DNA of 64,000 nt from an uncultured Winogradskyella sp. (GTDB lineage Bacteria > Bacteroidota > Bacteroidia > Flavobacteriales > Flavobacteriaceae), in the NCBI RefSeq assembly GCF_937958655.1, contig NZ_CALGNH010000025.1, positions 31,622 to 95,621 on the forward strand. The letters run 5' to 3'. The stretch's first letter is position 1; each line of letters begins with the position of its first letter. This document shows, piece after piece, positions 1 to 10,589 of this stretch. The notes below the pieces were generated by a model. The model ran no database searches. It worked only from the letters and a program-made list of their open reading frames with translations, and was not told where the DNA came from. Made by a program: the position numbers and the translations under genes.

Positions 1-1
1 C

Positions 2-3000
2 TTTTTCTATGATGACATAACTCAATATGATATTGTTAATAATTCTTGGAGTGAACTTTGCGAACTTCCAGAGAATTTATTAGCACCTTCGGCCAAAGCA
101 TTTGGTAGTCGCTTAATTGTGTCTAATGGAGGAGTAGATGGAATTGATGAGCCCTTAGATGATACAAGATGGCTTCCTATTGAGAACGAATTTCCCATCT
201 TAACTTTAAATTCTATAGCTGACCAAACTAATCAAGTAGGTGAATCTAGTACATTAGTAATTGCTGGCAGTGGTGGTGACCCTAATGGTAATATAACTTA
301 TAATATAACCGGCCAACCAGCTGGCTTATCTGTTGAACCAACAAATGGTCAAATCATTGGAACTATTGATGTCGCAGCAATAAACGGTGGACCTAATAAT
401 GATGGTATCCATACAGTTACCGTTACAGCCACCAAACCTTATTCCGAAGATATCTCTATAGAATTTACTTGGACAGTTACTAATTTAACTAATTTTTGGA
501 CAGATAAAAATGAAGACGAATCTTACATTGCAAGACATGAGTGTTCTTTTGTACAAGCCGGTGATAAATTTTACTTGTTTGGCGGTAGAGAAAGTGCTCA
601 GACTTTAGATGTTTACGACTATACAACGGATACTTGGAATTCATTAAACAATTCGGCACCAGTTGAATTTAACCATTTTCAGGCTGTGGAATATCAAGGT
701 CTAATTTGGGTTATTGGTGCGTTTAGAACTAATAATTATCCAGATGAAGTCCCTGCTGATTTTGTATGGGCTTTCAATCCAGACACAGAAGAATGGATTC
801 AAGGTCCTGAAATACCTGCAACCAGAAAAAGAGGTGCAGCTGGACTCGTTGTTTACAATGATAAATTTTATGTAGTTGGAGGTAATAGTGATGGGCATGA
901 TGGTGGTTTTGTGAGTTGGTTGGATGAGTATGATCCTGCAACAGGGACATGGACACAATTAACTGATGCACCAACAGCAAGAGATCACTTTCATGCTACT
1001 GTAATCAATGGTAAACTATACGCTGCGTCAGGCAGACAAACCAGCCAAATAGGAAGCGTTTTTGATGGAGTTCTGTCAGAAGTAGATGTTTATGATTTTG
1101 CAACACAGAGTTGGATGACACTGCCTTCAGCTCAAAATTTACCAACACCACGTGCTGGTGCTATAGTGGCAAATTTTGAAGACCAATTACTTATTGCAGG
1201 TGGAGAGGCACCATCTAGTGCTAATTCTTTTGCTATTACCGAAATTTATGATCCGGTTTCAGAGTCTTGGTCTGTTGGAGATAACTTAAACTATCAAAGA
1301 CATGGTACTCAAGGTATTGTTTCTGGTAATGGAATTCATGTTGCTGGTGGCTCACCTGTACGTGGTGGTGGTAATCAAAAAAATATGGAATACTATGGAC
1401 AGGACAATCCCTTTGGTAATCCAAGTGTAGAAAGTAATCTTACAGGGGATTCTAATGTCATATTTGGTATTGGAGAAACTAAAGTAATCCCCATAACAAA
1501 TAGTGAAGGTAATATTGGTAATATTTTACAGAGCATGACTATTACTGGACCTGATGCTTCTGAATTTACTATTAATGCTGGTGATATTCCGTTTAAATTA
1601 ATTAAACCAAATGAGAGTCACGATATAACTATTTCACATACTGGTAGTGATTTTGGAAAAAATGCTGTGTTAACCGTAACTTACAATACTACAGACGCAG
1701 TGGTTATAAATTTAAGTATTCCTATCTATGGTTTAGTATATGATGGTACCTCTTGGACGCCTAACGCGCCTGATGACACTACAGGTTCTGACAATGCACT
1801 TATTATGAGCGGGCAATACGACGTTACGTCAGATATAGAAATAAATAATTTAAGAGTGGATCCTGGTGCGTCTATTATTGTTAATCCTGGTAAATCTATC
1901 ATTACTAATGGTGACATAGATGTTAGTGGAACAGGTTTTATAGAGTTACAATCTTCGTTTGTAAATGCTGTATCTACATATTCAAGTCTTATCACTGATG
2001 GTAATGTAAGTGGCAATATCATCTACAAGAGACATGTAAATAGTAATAATACTTTACAAGGTGGATTTGGGTCTAATGACTTAGTTGCTCCTCCGTTATC
2101 TGGTGAGAGTTTCCCTGTATTTAGAGCTAATAACTCTAATATCTTAAGTAATAGCGATAACAGCTTATATTTATTTGGTCCATTTAACAAAGTAACAGGA
2201 TCTTATGATATTTATGGTGCTAGTGAAAATGCAACCTTAGATCCTGGTATCGGTTACAGAACTGCATCTACGGATAATGGTACTTTTACATTTAGAGGTC
2301 TCGTTAATACAGGTGCTATTTCTGTGCCAATAACTCATTCTGGTCCCTTATTTGAGGACTGGAATCTAATTGGTAATCCGTATCCATCTTACATAACGTT
2401 AAGTGACTTTTTAGCGTCTAATATTTCAATTTTAGAAACCACAAGTGCAGCTGTATATGGTTATGATGGTGAAGCAGCTAATGGCTGGACCGTATGGAAC
2501 CAAGCCTATTCAGATGCTAATCCTAATGCCTTAATTGCACCTGGACAAGGATTCTTTGTAGCTTCAAACCCTTCTGGAGGTACAATTAGTTTTAGTCCAT
2601 CTATGCGTTCTATAGGACAAGGAGATGATTTTATTACAGGCAGTTCGCTTACGGCGTCTAACTCTGCTATTAGTCATGTAAAACTGCGCCTCAACAAAGG
2701 TGAAAGCAACTACTTTACGGATTTTTATTTTAATCCTAATGCTACTCGCGGTTTAGATGTTGGTTACGATGCCCAAGTTTGGGGAGGTAGTCCTTCTTCT
2801 TTTTCAATCCATTCTTATTTAACCGAAGAAAACACAGATTTAGCAATGGCTATTCAGTCTCTAAGTCAAAATGATTTTAGTGATATTTTAATTCCGTTAG
2901 GTATTAACAGTAATATAGGTGAGCAACTAACTGTGAGTATTGCGGAAAGTAGTCTTCCAAATTACGTCAATGTTTATTTAGAGGATCAATTAAATCAATC

Positions 3001-3355
3001 CTCTACGCTATTAAACGCTAGCGATTTTATATTAACACCTACTACTACATTAAATGATTCTGGTCGTTTCTTCTTAAGATTTAATAATTCATCTTTATCT
3101 ACAGAAGACAATAACCTTAATAATTTAAGGATATTTAATGATTATGCTAACAGAAATATAGTGATCTCGGGTTTACTCAATGAAGCTAGTGTTGCTAAAT
3201 TATATGATGTTAGAGGTCGCTTGGTTATTTTTAGTAAATTAGAAAGCAATGTAACGGAACAAACCATAGCTGTTAATGATTTAGACAGCGGTATTTACGT
3301 TATTAGTATTGAAAATAATTTCGAAAAAATAACTAAAAAGATTATTATAAAGTAA
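2..3355 (+). CDS. Secreted Kelch-repeat / Ig-like domain protein with T9SS C-terminal sorting domain (5' end outside window)
   Basis: The frame of ORF 119..3355 stays open back to base 2 (FFYDDITQYDIVNNSWSEL.., another Kelch-like blade), so the GTG at 119 is not the true start. Repeated Kelch blades are present (FYLFGG, FYVVGGN, LYAASG, LLIAGGE). An Ig-like segment lies near the N-terminus. The last ~80 aa (..LYDVRGRLV..SGIYVISIEN..) look like a Por/T9SS type-A CTD. Confidence 0.75.
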   Translation, partial: FFYDDITQYDIVNNSWSELCELPENLLAPSAKAFGSRLIVSNGGVDGIDEPLDDTRWLPIENEFPILTLNSIADQTNQVGESSTLVIAGSGGDPNGNITYNITGQPAGLSVEPTNGQIIGTIDVAAINGGPNNDGIHTVTVTATKPYSEDISIEFTWTVTNLTNFWTDKNEDESYIARHECSFVQAGDKFYLFGGRESAQTLDVYDYTTDTWNSLNNSAPVEFNHFQAVEYQGLIWVIGAFRTNNYPDEVPADFVWAFNPDTEEWIQGPEIPATRKRGAAGLVVYNDKFYVVGGNSDGHDGGFVSWLDEYDPATGTWTQLTDAPTARDHFHATVINGKLYAASGRQTSQIGSVFDGVLSEVDVYDFATQSWMTLPSAQNLPTPRAGAIVANFEDQLLIAGGEAPSSANSFAITEIYDPVSESWSVGDNLNYQRHGTQGIVSGNGIHVAGGSPVRGGGNQKNMEYYGQDNPFGNPSVESNLTGDSNVIFGIGETKVIPITNSEGNIGNILQSMTITGPDASEFTINAGDIPFKLIKPNESHDITISHTGSDFGKNAVLTVTYNTTDAVVINLSIPIYGLVYDGTSWTPNAPDDTTGSDNALIMSGQYDVTSDIEINNLRVDPGASIIVNPGKSIITNGDIDVSGTGFIELQSSFVNAVSTYSSLITDGNVSGNIIYKRHVNSNNTLQGGFGSNDLVAPPLSGESFPVFRANNSNILSNSDNSLYLFGPFNKVTGSYDIYGASENATLDPGIGYRTASTDNGTFTFRGLVNTGAISVPITHSGPLFEDWNLIGNPYPSYITLSDFLASNISILETTSAAVYGYDGEAANGWTVWNQAYSDANPNALIAPGQGFFVASNPSGGTISFSPSMRSIGQGDDFITGSSLTASNSAISHVKLRLNKGESNYFTDFYFNPNATRGLDVGYDAQVWGGSPSSFSIHSYLTEENTDLAMAIQSLSQNDFSDILIPLGINSNIGEQLTVSIAESSLPNYVNVYLEDQLNQSSTLLNASDFILTPTTTLNDSGRFFLRFNNSSLSTEDNNLNNLRIFNDYANRNIVISGLLNEASVAKLYDVRGRLVIFSKLESNVTEQTIAVNDLDSGIYVISIENNFEKITKKIIIK

Positions 3356-3386
3356 AGAGAAATTATTGAAATGAATCTATCAAAGT

Positions 3387-3418
3387 AAGGGGCTTTAATA
3401 GTAATATTAGAGCCCTTT
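3387..3418. terminator. Putative bidirectional stem-loop terminator between convergent genes
   Basis: AAGGGGCT..(16 nt loop)..AGCCCTTT inverted repeat. It lies in the 93-nt spacer between the + gene ending at 3355 and the - gene ending at 3449. Confidence 0.45.
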
Positions 3419-3448
3419 AATTATATAAAATTGAAATAAACCTTTAGT

Positions 3449-6400
3449 TTAAAAATTTAACCCAAACCCAAACGAAACACGTAATCCTTCTGGGCTATTA
3501 AAAAAATTGAAAGTTCCCGAAAGTGATTCTGCAGCTGTAACCCAAAACCCAACACCATAATCGTTATGCCACTTATCAGAATCTTCGTTAGACAACCATA
3601 CTCTACCAACATCAAAACCTGTAAATACTCCTATCTGAATTGGTAAAACATTAGTCTTAAATGAATTAAAACTGTATCTTAAATCTGCACTACCCACTAA
3701 GGATCTATCGCCTGTAAAGCGCTCTGTTCTGTAACCTCTTAAACCGTTACGACCACCAATATTCGCAGCCTGATAGAACAAGAAATCATCACCAATTCTA
3801 AATTGAGTTCTTAGATCTGTTTTTAAAACTAATTTTCTATTGTGCGACAACGCATTATAAAAACCGAGATCAGCATCTATATAACCATATGTGTTTTCGG
3901 TTGTTTCTAATTCTGATTTTCCACCTGCAATAATTTTAAAAGTCATGCCACGTGTTGGGTTGATCTTATTGTCAAAACTTGCATATTTAAACTCTGCCTC
4001 TAACCCACCAAAATAACGTCTTTCATAAAACGCCTCGTTAGATTCTGGAATTATATTTGTAATAAATCTATCGTCTGTTGCATCAAGTTCAATACCTTCA
4101 AAAATTGCTCTAAACCCGTAATCACTTCCAAAATTTCCTTTCTTCAGTAAACCAGCTTTTACCATATAAATACTGGTCTTAACACGATTATAATCAAAGT
4201 CTAAATCATCATCAAAATTCTTAGTTTCGTTTCCGAATCCAAAGAAATTATTGGTAAAATTAGCAGAAGTTAATTGTCCTCCAACGTGCAGATTCCAGTC
4301 GTTCATAATATTAGCAAATTCTGCATCATAATTTAAAGCAAATCCTTGGGTTGCAAAAAAGTAAGCACCTTTTACACGGTGTTGATTAGAAAAAGGATTA
4401 CGTTGAAAACCGTTTTTTGTTTTTACATAAGATAAGCCTAGAGATATACCATCGTCTGGATTAAAACCTATAGCCGGAGTAATTAAACTATTCTTTACTA
4501 TATTCTTTTTAAAATCGTAAAGATTAAGTTTATACACATCTGTAAATCTTGTAAACCCTCCATTTTTTTCTTCGATTGTATTTGGTTTACTCTCGTGGTC
4601 ATAAACCTTTATGCGTCTTCCGGATTTTAAAATATAAGTATCATGCTCCTGTCCACCTATTAATCTTGTAAATATGAGGTTGTCACCCTTTCCGGTAACT
4701 TCAAAAATATCTTTATCGTCTAATCCATAAATCCAAATTTCTTTGGTTATATCCCTGTGAAATACTCTATCTACTAAGACATCGGCTTTTTCACCATCCT
4801 TAATTCTGGAAATAACAACTCTAGTCTCCTTGTTTCCTTGTCTTATAACTTCGATGTAATCATCTTTATCAGTGCCCTTTAGTATAACTAATTCATTAAG
4901 GTACTCAAAATACCGATTGGCAATATCTTGAAGATTAGCACGCCTTCCTTTCAACTTTGTTTTAATCTCCTTTAGAGTTGCATCTTGTACCTCTTTTGGC
5001 ACTTTTAAAAAGGCGTTGTCTATAACCTCATCTGTTATATTTTCTTGTAAAAATTTGGCATGTTTCAGCCAAGTTTCTCTATTGGCTTGTTGAATTAATG
5101 CGCGGTCCAATTTTACGCCAGCACTATTCATCCATTCGATATCCTCTAATTTTTCATCATAAACCTGAAGCTGTTTTGTGGCTCCAGAAATAATACGCAT
5201 TACATCTAACAAGGCTCCATCGAAATTTGAAAACACTTGGTCTCTGTCTCTAGGAATCGGTCGGTAATAGTTATCACCATTATCTTGGTTAAACTGGGCC
5301 CAGCGCCATTGGTCTTGGTGCCGGTCCCAATCGCCAATGAGCATATCGAACAAACGTGCTCTTACAAAGGCATTTTCATCAATTTTATATTTTTCATCTT
5401 CTCGTACTTTTTTAATAATATCGTGTGTACTCTCAATATCATCTGCATAACCAAAATTGCGTTCGTCACTGTAATTTTCTTCTGGCCGCTCTTCTATCAT
5501 ATACAATTCGTCACCATAGTCCTCGTTATAATTCCCTAAATACTTATGTTTAGGGATATAATAGAGCTTTGGATTGGTATGATAAATCTCCGCAGCATCA
5601 GACAAATCTGGCACTACCTCAAAGGCGTAGGGATGCGCTGCAGTGTAAAAATCCAATATGAGACCTTCTACTTTGGTACGTTCAAATTCTTCTTGAATAT
5701 AAGTGTCTTTAAAAAGTACAGTTTGCAGGTATTGCGTGGCGCTCTTTTTAAGGGCTCGCATATTTAACTCCTTACCATCTTTTGTTCTTAATCGCATAGA
5801 TCTTGTCTGGTGTCCACCTCCCTTACGAACGATTTCTAAACCTCCGTATAAGGTATCTAAAGTTGCTACCTTTGCCTTAATTTTAGTACTATAGACATCT
5901 CTGTAGTGGTCTCCCCAAATGGATTCAAAAAATCCTGTTCTATCTGTCTCTTCCTTAGAATAGATTGAAACCTCAACCTCCTGTGGAAATAAATCTGGTA
6001 AGTGTGACACATCGTATGTGCTTCTTGGCTCGAATATTTTTTTAGTGAATCGTTTTTTAGGTGTTCCGTTTTCAGCAGTAAAAATGTTTACCCAAGAACT
6101 ACCATCTTTATAAATTAATAACTCCGCAAAACCTTGTCCTCCATAACTGAACAGCCCATTATTCCCTAATGCTGCTGCCGATCTTTTAGCACCAGAACCT
6201 GATACAATTTGCTTTATTCTCTCATTTTCTACGTACTGCATACCATGCTCGTGGCCAGATGTAAAAACAACATTATCGGCATCAATAGTGAGGGTTTCTA
6301 TACGTCTCATTAATTCGTTATAACGTTCGTTATAACGGTCTTGAATGGATACGCCACCTTGGGTTCTTATTTGTGCCAAAAGCGATGCCAATCCTGGTAG

Positions 6401-7147
6401 TGGTATTTTACTTTGTGTAGGATATAAATGCTTATCTAAAGAATAGTAACCGCCATGGATACCATTGGTGTACATAGGATGGTGCATAGCAATAACCGTG
6501 GTTTTATTTTGAGCTTTTTTTATTTGGCCCTCTAACTCTTCAAAGAAACGTTCTCTTGTTTTTATCTCACAATCGTCATTAACGGTTGGGTGTTTATTCC
6601 AATTTTCGAGATACCATTGCGTGTCTAAAATAATTAGCTTTACGTTATCACCGATATCTATATCTTCTATTGGGCAGCCATTTTCTGGCAAAAAAGTATT
6701 TTTTCCAAGTGCAGCTTCAATATATTTTTCTTGGCGCTTTAAACCTTTTAAGCCATTAGAATACCAATCGTGATTACCAGGTATAAATATGGTTTTACCA
6801 GTAAAATTTGCTACTGATTTTAGTTGTGCGTTTAGTGCATTCTCTGCCATTTCTCTACCTTTAGCTTCCTTCTTTGGCAGACCAGACGGATAAATGTTAT
6901 CTCCTAAAAAAATAGCATAATCGTCTGTAGTAATTTTATCTTTTATATGATTTTTAAAAGCTATTAAAGCATTGGACATTCCGTTTAATGGTGATGTCCC
7001 GGCATCACCAATGAGATAAAATCGTTGTTCTATAGATTGATTTGGACTTTGCATTTGTGCAGTCTCTTCATTTCTATATTGAGGCTCGTAAGTTGCACAA
7101 GCAGATACTATTGCGAATGACAGGAATACTAAAATTAATTTTTTCAT
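3449..7147 (-). CDS. Lipoprotein: metallophosphoesterase domain fused to a C-terminal Omp85/bacterial-surface-antigen-like beta-barrel
   Basis: 1232 aa. The signal peptide ends ..FAIVSAC. Calcineurin-like motifs: IGDAGT, GDNIYPSG, GNHDWY, HHPMY, GHEHG. The C-terminus has the Omp85-like pattern GGRNGLRGYR..ADLRY..FDVGRVW and ends ..GFGLNF. Confidence 0.75.
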   Translation of the reverse strand: MKKLILVFLSFAIVSACATYEPQYRNEETAQMQSPNQSIEQRFYLIGDAGTSPLNGMSNALIAFKNHIKDKITTDDYAIFLGDNIYPSGLPKKEAKGREMAENALNAQLKSVANFTGKTIFIPGNHDWYSNGLKGLKRQEKYIEAALGKNTFLPENGCPIEDIDIGDNVKLIILDTQWYLENWNKHPTVNDDCEIKTRERFFEELEGQIKKAQNKTTVIAMHHPMYTNGIHGGYYSLDKHLYPTQSKIPLPGLASLLAQIRTQGGVSIQDRYNERYNELMRRIETLTIDADNVVFTSGHEHGMQYVENERIKQIVSGSGAKRSAAALGNNGLFSYGGQGFAELLIYKDGSSWVNIFTAENGTPKKRFTKKIFEPRSTYDVSHLPDLFPQEVEVSIYSKEETDRTGFFESIWGDHYRDVYSTKIKAKVATLDTLYGGLEIVRKGGGHQTRSMRLRTKDGKELNMRALKKSATQYLQTVLFKDTYIQEEFERTKVEGLILDFYTAAHPYAFEVVPDLSDAAEIYHTNPKLYYIPKHKYLGNYNEDYGDELYMIEERPEENYSDERNFGYADDIESTHDIIKKVREDEKYKIDENAFVRARLFDMLIGDWDRHQDQWRWAQFNQDNGDNYYRPIPRDRDQVFSNFDGALLDVMRIISGATKQLQVYDEKLEDIEWMNSAGVKLDRALIQQANRETWLKHAKFLQENITDEVIDNAFLKVPKEVQDATLKEIKTKLKGRRANLQDIANRYFEYLNELVILKGTDKDDYIEVIRQGNKETRVVISRIKDGEKADVLVDRVFHRDITKEIWIYGLDDKDIFEVTGKGDNLIFTRLIGGQEHDTYILKSGRRIKVYDHESKPNTIEEKNGGFTRFTDVYKLNLYDFKKNIVKNSLITPAIGFNPDDGISLGLSYVKTKNGFQRNPFSNQHRVKGAYFFATQGFALNYDAEFANIMNDWNLHVGGQLTSANFTNNFFGFGNETKNFDDDLDFDYNRVKTSIYMVKAGLLKKGNFGSDYGFRAIFEGIELDATDDRFITNIIPESNEAFYERRYFGGLEAEFKYASFDNKINPTRGMTFKIIAGGKSELETTENTYGYIDADLGFYNALSHNRKLVLKTDLRTQFRIGDDFLFYQAANIGGRNGLRGYRTERFTGDRSLVGSADLRYSFNSFKTNVLPIQIGVFTGFDVGRVWLSNEDSDKWHNDYGVGFWVTAAESLSGTFNFFNSPEGLRVSFGFGLNF

Positions 7148-7224
7148 AATACATTATAGCTAATTACAAAGCACGTATACTTTGTTATAAATTATTGACT
7201 CTATAAAAATAAGTAGTAACAATA

Positions 7225-8163
7225 TCACTTCTTCCATAAGCTATCTGTAAAGAGGTGTTTACAATCGAGAAAATTTGAGACGAGTTTAAATGATGTGCCT
7301 ACCGCTAAGTTACTAATTTCATCTAGACTATATTTTTTAGAAAGCTCCGTCCAAATTAATTCATTATAATCGAATTCGATTAGTTTATTAATAGCTTTAA
7401 TATGTACACTTTGCTTTCTAAGGCTAACGATATAGCTCTTTACATCACCAGAAATAGGATCGTAATGGCAGTAAAAATCGTAATCATCAATTTTAAAATC
7501 AGCACCCAGCTCTCTATTAATTCTTAATAACAAATTGAGGTTAAAACGCTTGGTAATCCCATGTTTATCATAGTAAGCGTTGTGGATAGTTATAGGGTTC
7601 TTTTTAATATCAAATCCTATTAAAAGCTTATCGCCACTTTTCATGCTGGTATTAAATAAACTCAACAACTCTTGTGCTTTTTCTTTTGTATAGTTACCAA
7701 TATTTCCTCCTAAAAACAATAAAAGACTTGGAACATTACTCTCCTTATTTTCTTTTAAAATCTCAAAGTAATCGCCAACTTTGGGTTCTATTTTAATACT
7801 TGGAAGTTTTTCTTTAAGTCTTTGTTCCAAAATTGTTATCGCTTCCTCTGAAATATCAATGGGTATGTAGTTAAATTCAATGTTATTAGTTACTAAATAT
7901 TGCAGTAATTTAAATGTTTTAAAACCATCTCCGGCACCCAATTCTATAATATTAAAGGGTGTCGTAAACTTTAAGCTTTCAAAAATTTGTTTGGATTGCA
8001 GGGAGAGAATTTCAAACTCGGCATCTGTGAGATAATACTCTGGCATCTTCATAATTTCTTGAAAAATACGACTGCCATTATCATCATAAAAATATTTTGA
8101 AGACAGGTATTTTTTGTCAGAAGTTAAGCCTTTGAGTACGTCTTTTGCAAAATTGTTCATCAT
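7225..8163 (-). CDS. egtD: L-histidine N-alpha-methyltransferase (EgtD-like)
   Basis: SKYFYDDNGSRIFQEIMKMPEYYLTDAEFEIL plus the SAM-binding motif IIELGAGDG. I chose the MMNNFAKD start at 8163. The track start at 8277 would overlap egtB by 107 nt and adds non-homologous residues. Confidence 0.8.
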   Translation of the reverse strand: MMNNFAKDVLKGLTSDKKYLSSKYFYDDNGSRIFQEIMKMPEYYLTDAEFEILSLQSKQIFESLKFTTPFNIIELGAGDGFKTFKLLQYLVTNNIEFNYIPIDISEEAITILEQRLKEKLPSIKIEPKVGDYFEILKENKESNVPSLLLFLGGNIGNYTKEKAQELLSLFNTSMKSGDKLLIGFDIKKNPITIHNAYYDKHGITKRFNLNLLLRINRELGADFKIDDYDFYCHYDPISGDVKSYIVSLRKQSVHIKAINKLIEFDYNELIWTELSKKYSLDEISNLAVGTSFKLVSNFLDCKHLFTDSLWKK

Positions 8164-8170
8164 ATAAGTC

Positions 8171-9337
8171 TTATTTTGCCAAACGAATTCCTGAGAATTG
8201 CCAACGCATTTCAGGGTGAAAAAAGTTTCTGTAAGTGGATCTGCTGTGGTTTTTGGGTGTTGCCACAGAACTACCACGCATTACCATTGTATTTACCATA
8301 AATTTACCGTTATACTCGCCAAGTGCTCCGGCTACTTTTATATAATTAGGGTAGGGCAAATAAGCACTGTGTGTCCACTCCCAGAGTTGGCCAAAGTTAA
8401 AATGCTTTGAGGCCACTTCCCACTCAAACTCAGTTGGTAGACGCATGCCTTTCCATTGTGCAAACGCATAGGCTTCATAAAACGTAATATGGTTAACTGG
8501 CTCTTCCTCATTGATAGCTCTAAAACCCTGTAAAGTGTACTGCTTCCATTCACCTTTAAACTTATGCCAATATAGAGGTGCTTTTAGTTTATTTGAATTT
8601 ATAAAATCCCAACCATCTGCATGCCATAAATTAAAATCTGAGTAACCACCAGCCTCTATAAATTCAGCATATTCTTTATTGGTAACTAATCGGTTTGAAA
8701 TGTCATAGTTATGTAAATACACCTTATGTAGACCTAGTTCATTATCAAAACAAAACGTATCCTCTGCGTGGCCGATTTTATAAACACCTTCTGGGATTTG
8801 TATAAAGTCTTGACTGGCTTTTTCTTGTTTTAAAACTACATCTGTTTGTAACGTTGGAAACGAGGGCTGGTGCCCAAAAATATACTTAATATCGTACACC
8901 AAAAGTTCTTGGTGTTGCTGCTCGTGTTGTAAACCTATTTCTATAGTTTGATGTATAGTTTTTGTTGGTTCTTGTTCTAAAAACTCAGCCATGTGCATAT
9001 TTACATACGCTCTATACTCTAAAACTGCATTATACGTAGGCCTTGTCATTAAACCTCTATTGGCTCTCATAACTCTTTCTCCAACACTGTTGTAATAACT
9101 ATTAAAGTAAAAGGCAAAGTCCTGATTAAATACCTTATAATCTGGTTTATATTCGCTTAAAATAAACTGCTCAAAAAACCAAGTAGTGTGTGCTAAATGC
9201 CACTTTGGTGGCGATACAAATGCCACAGGTTGTATAGATGTATCCTCTGGCTTTAAGGATTTACATATCGTTTCGGTACGTTTTCTAACGGTTAAAAAAC
9301 GTTCTTTTGTTATAGTATGATTGGCTATTGTTTGCAC
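8171..9337 (-). CDS. egtB: Ergothioneine-type sulfoxide synthase (EgtB-like: DinB-like N-domain plus FGE-sulfatase-like C-domain)
   Basis: 388 aa. HTTWFFEQF (DinB_2-like) at the N-terminus. GQLWEWTHSAYLPYP..RGSS (FGE/SUMF-like) at the C-terminus. It ends 7 nt upstream of egtD. Confidence 0.75.
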   Translation of the reverse strand: MQTIANHTITKERFLTVRKRTETICKSLKPEDTSIQPVAFVSPPKWHLAHTTWFFEQFILSEYKPDYKVFNQDFAFYFNSYYNSVGERVMRANRGLMTRPTYNAVLEYRAYVNMHMAEFLEQEPTKTIHQTIEIGLQHEQQHQELLVYDIKYIFGHQPSFPTLQTDVVLKQEKASQDFIQIPEGVYKIGHAEDTFCFDNELGLHKVYLHNYDISNRLVTNKEYAEFIEAGGYSDFNLWHADGWDFINSNKLKAPLYWHKFKGEWKQYTLQGFRAINEEEPVNHITFYEAYAFAQWKGMRLPTEFEWEVASKHFNFGQLWEWTHSAYLPYPNYIKVAGALGEYNGKFMVNTMVMRGSSVATPKNHSRSTYRNFFHPEMRWQFSGIRLAK

Positions 9338-9339
9338 TA

Positions 9340-10566
9340 TTATTGGTGGTCTATTAGTTCTGTTTCAAAAATGACCTCACTAGCTATAGTTCTGTGAACG
9401 GGACAGCGAGAGGCAATTTCCTTTAAACGTTCTTTTTGCTTTGCATCTAAATTGCCAATAAATTTTAGTTTTTTATAAATATAATCTAGATATGTTGGCT
9501 TTTTAACTTCAATCTGTAAATCGTCGCTGTGCTTTTTAGCGTATGATATGTAAACAAATACCTCTTGCAAATCCCATTGCTTACGTTCTGCATACATTTT
9601 TAGTGTCATTACCGTACAAGCCGCCAATGCAGCGTTGAGATATTCGTAAGGTGAGGGTCCAAAATTACTACCTCCAATACTAAGAGGTTCATCTGCAATA
9701 AAAGCATGATGCTTCGTTTGTATTGTAGTTGTAAAATTATCTTCAATAATATTTAAATGACCAACCAATTGCTCACCTTCTGTACTAAGCATTTCATTTT
9801 CTTCCTTCGGAAAATAACGTCTCGCCCACGTTCCAATAACCTCCCCAACATATTGGCTATCTTTTTCTAAACTTAATAAATGATCTGCATCATCTAAGGT
9901 GACAAAGCTTTTTGGATGATGAGAATTTTTATATAACTGCTCTGCATTTTCTATACCTACAATAGTATCGAATGGTGCATGCATAATGAGTAATGGCTTT
10001 CTTAAGCCTTTAACTATGGTTGGTAGATCTGTTTTATCAAAATCAGCTACAAACTCTGGATTTATATTAAATGGTCGCCCACCAATATTTACCTCAGTAG
10101 TTTCACCTGCTCTTATTTTATCTATATGATGGGAAAATAAGTGTTTTACATGGCTAACCGTTGCTGGTGCACCAATGGTTGCAACGGCTTTAATGGTCTC
10201 TATTTTTGAAGCCGCAACCAATACCGCAGCTCCACCTAAAGAATGACCAACCAAAAGACGTGGTGCCTCGTAATGTTCTGCCATGTAGGCTTGTACATCT
10301 AATAAATCATCTACGTTTGCAGAAAAATAACTATCCGCAAATTCTCCCTCACTACGTCCTAAACCTGTAAAATCGAATCTAACCACAGCGAAGCCATCAT
10401 TGGTTAACGCTCTACTTACATTACGCACGGCACTTAAGCTACTACTGCATGTAAAACAATGGGCAAAGACAGCGTAGTAATTTGGTTTTTGATTTGCTGG
10501 CAACTCTAAATGTGCATGTAGCGTTATCCCTTTTCTGTTTTGTATTTTTAATTTTGTGCTTTTCAT
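9340..10566 (-). CDS. Bifunctional alpha/beta hydrolase / OsmC-family protein
   Basis: The N-terminal half has the GHSLGG nucleophile elbow. The C-terminal ~140 aa are OsmC/Ohr-like ([21 protein letters not shown]). There is a 2-nt gap to egtB. Confidence 0.75.
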   Translation of the reverse strand: MKSTKLKIQNRKGITLHAHLELPANQKPNYYAVFAHCFTCSSSLSAVRNVSRALTNDGFAVVRFDFTGLGRSEGEFADSYFSANVDDLLDVQAYMAEHYEAPRLLVGHSLGGAAVLVAASKIETIKAVATIGAPATVSHVKHLFSHHIDKIRAGETTEVNIGGRPFNINPEFVADFDKTDLPTIVKGLRKPLLIMHAPFDTIVGIENAEQLYKNSHHPKSFVTLDDADHLLSLEKDSQYVGEVIGTWARRYFPKEENEMLSTEGEQLVGHLNIIEDNFTTTIQTKHHAFIADEPLSIGGSNFGPSPYEYLNAALAACTVMTLKMYAERKQWDLQEVFVYISYAKKHSDDLQIEVKKPTYLDYIYKKLKFIGNLDAKQKERLKEIASRCPVHRTIASEVIFETELIDHQ

Positions 10567-10589
10567 AAATATAATATCTACATGAACGC

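Noticed and set aside
701-2022. Four minus-strand ORFs (701..958, 774..980, 1236..1424, 1726..2022) inside the Kelch/T9SS gene
   Set aside because: All are antisense shadows of a long, motif-rich + strand gene. Their sequences are low-complexity or Cys/His-rich with no recognisable motifs and no room for promoters.
5237-5894. Plus-strand ORFs 5237..5539, 5546..5767 and 5703..5894
   Set aside because: They are shadow ORFs opposite the 1232-aa metallophosphoesterase-Omp85 gene. Their hydrophobic, AT-codon-driven composition is typical of antisense frames.
8164-8277. Track start of the egtD ORF at 8277 (MVVLWQHPKTT..), overlapping egtB by 107 nt
   Set aside because: The extension is the alternative-frame read-through of the egtB 3' end. 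The conserved EgtD sequence starts at MMNNFAKD (8163), 7 nt after the egtB stop.
8198-8553. ORFs 8198..8410 (+) and 8338..8553 (-) within egtB
   Set aside because: They are overlapping shadow or alternative-frame ORFs inside a well-supported gene.
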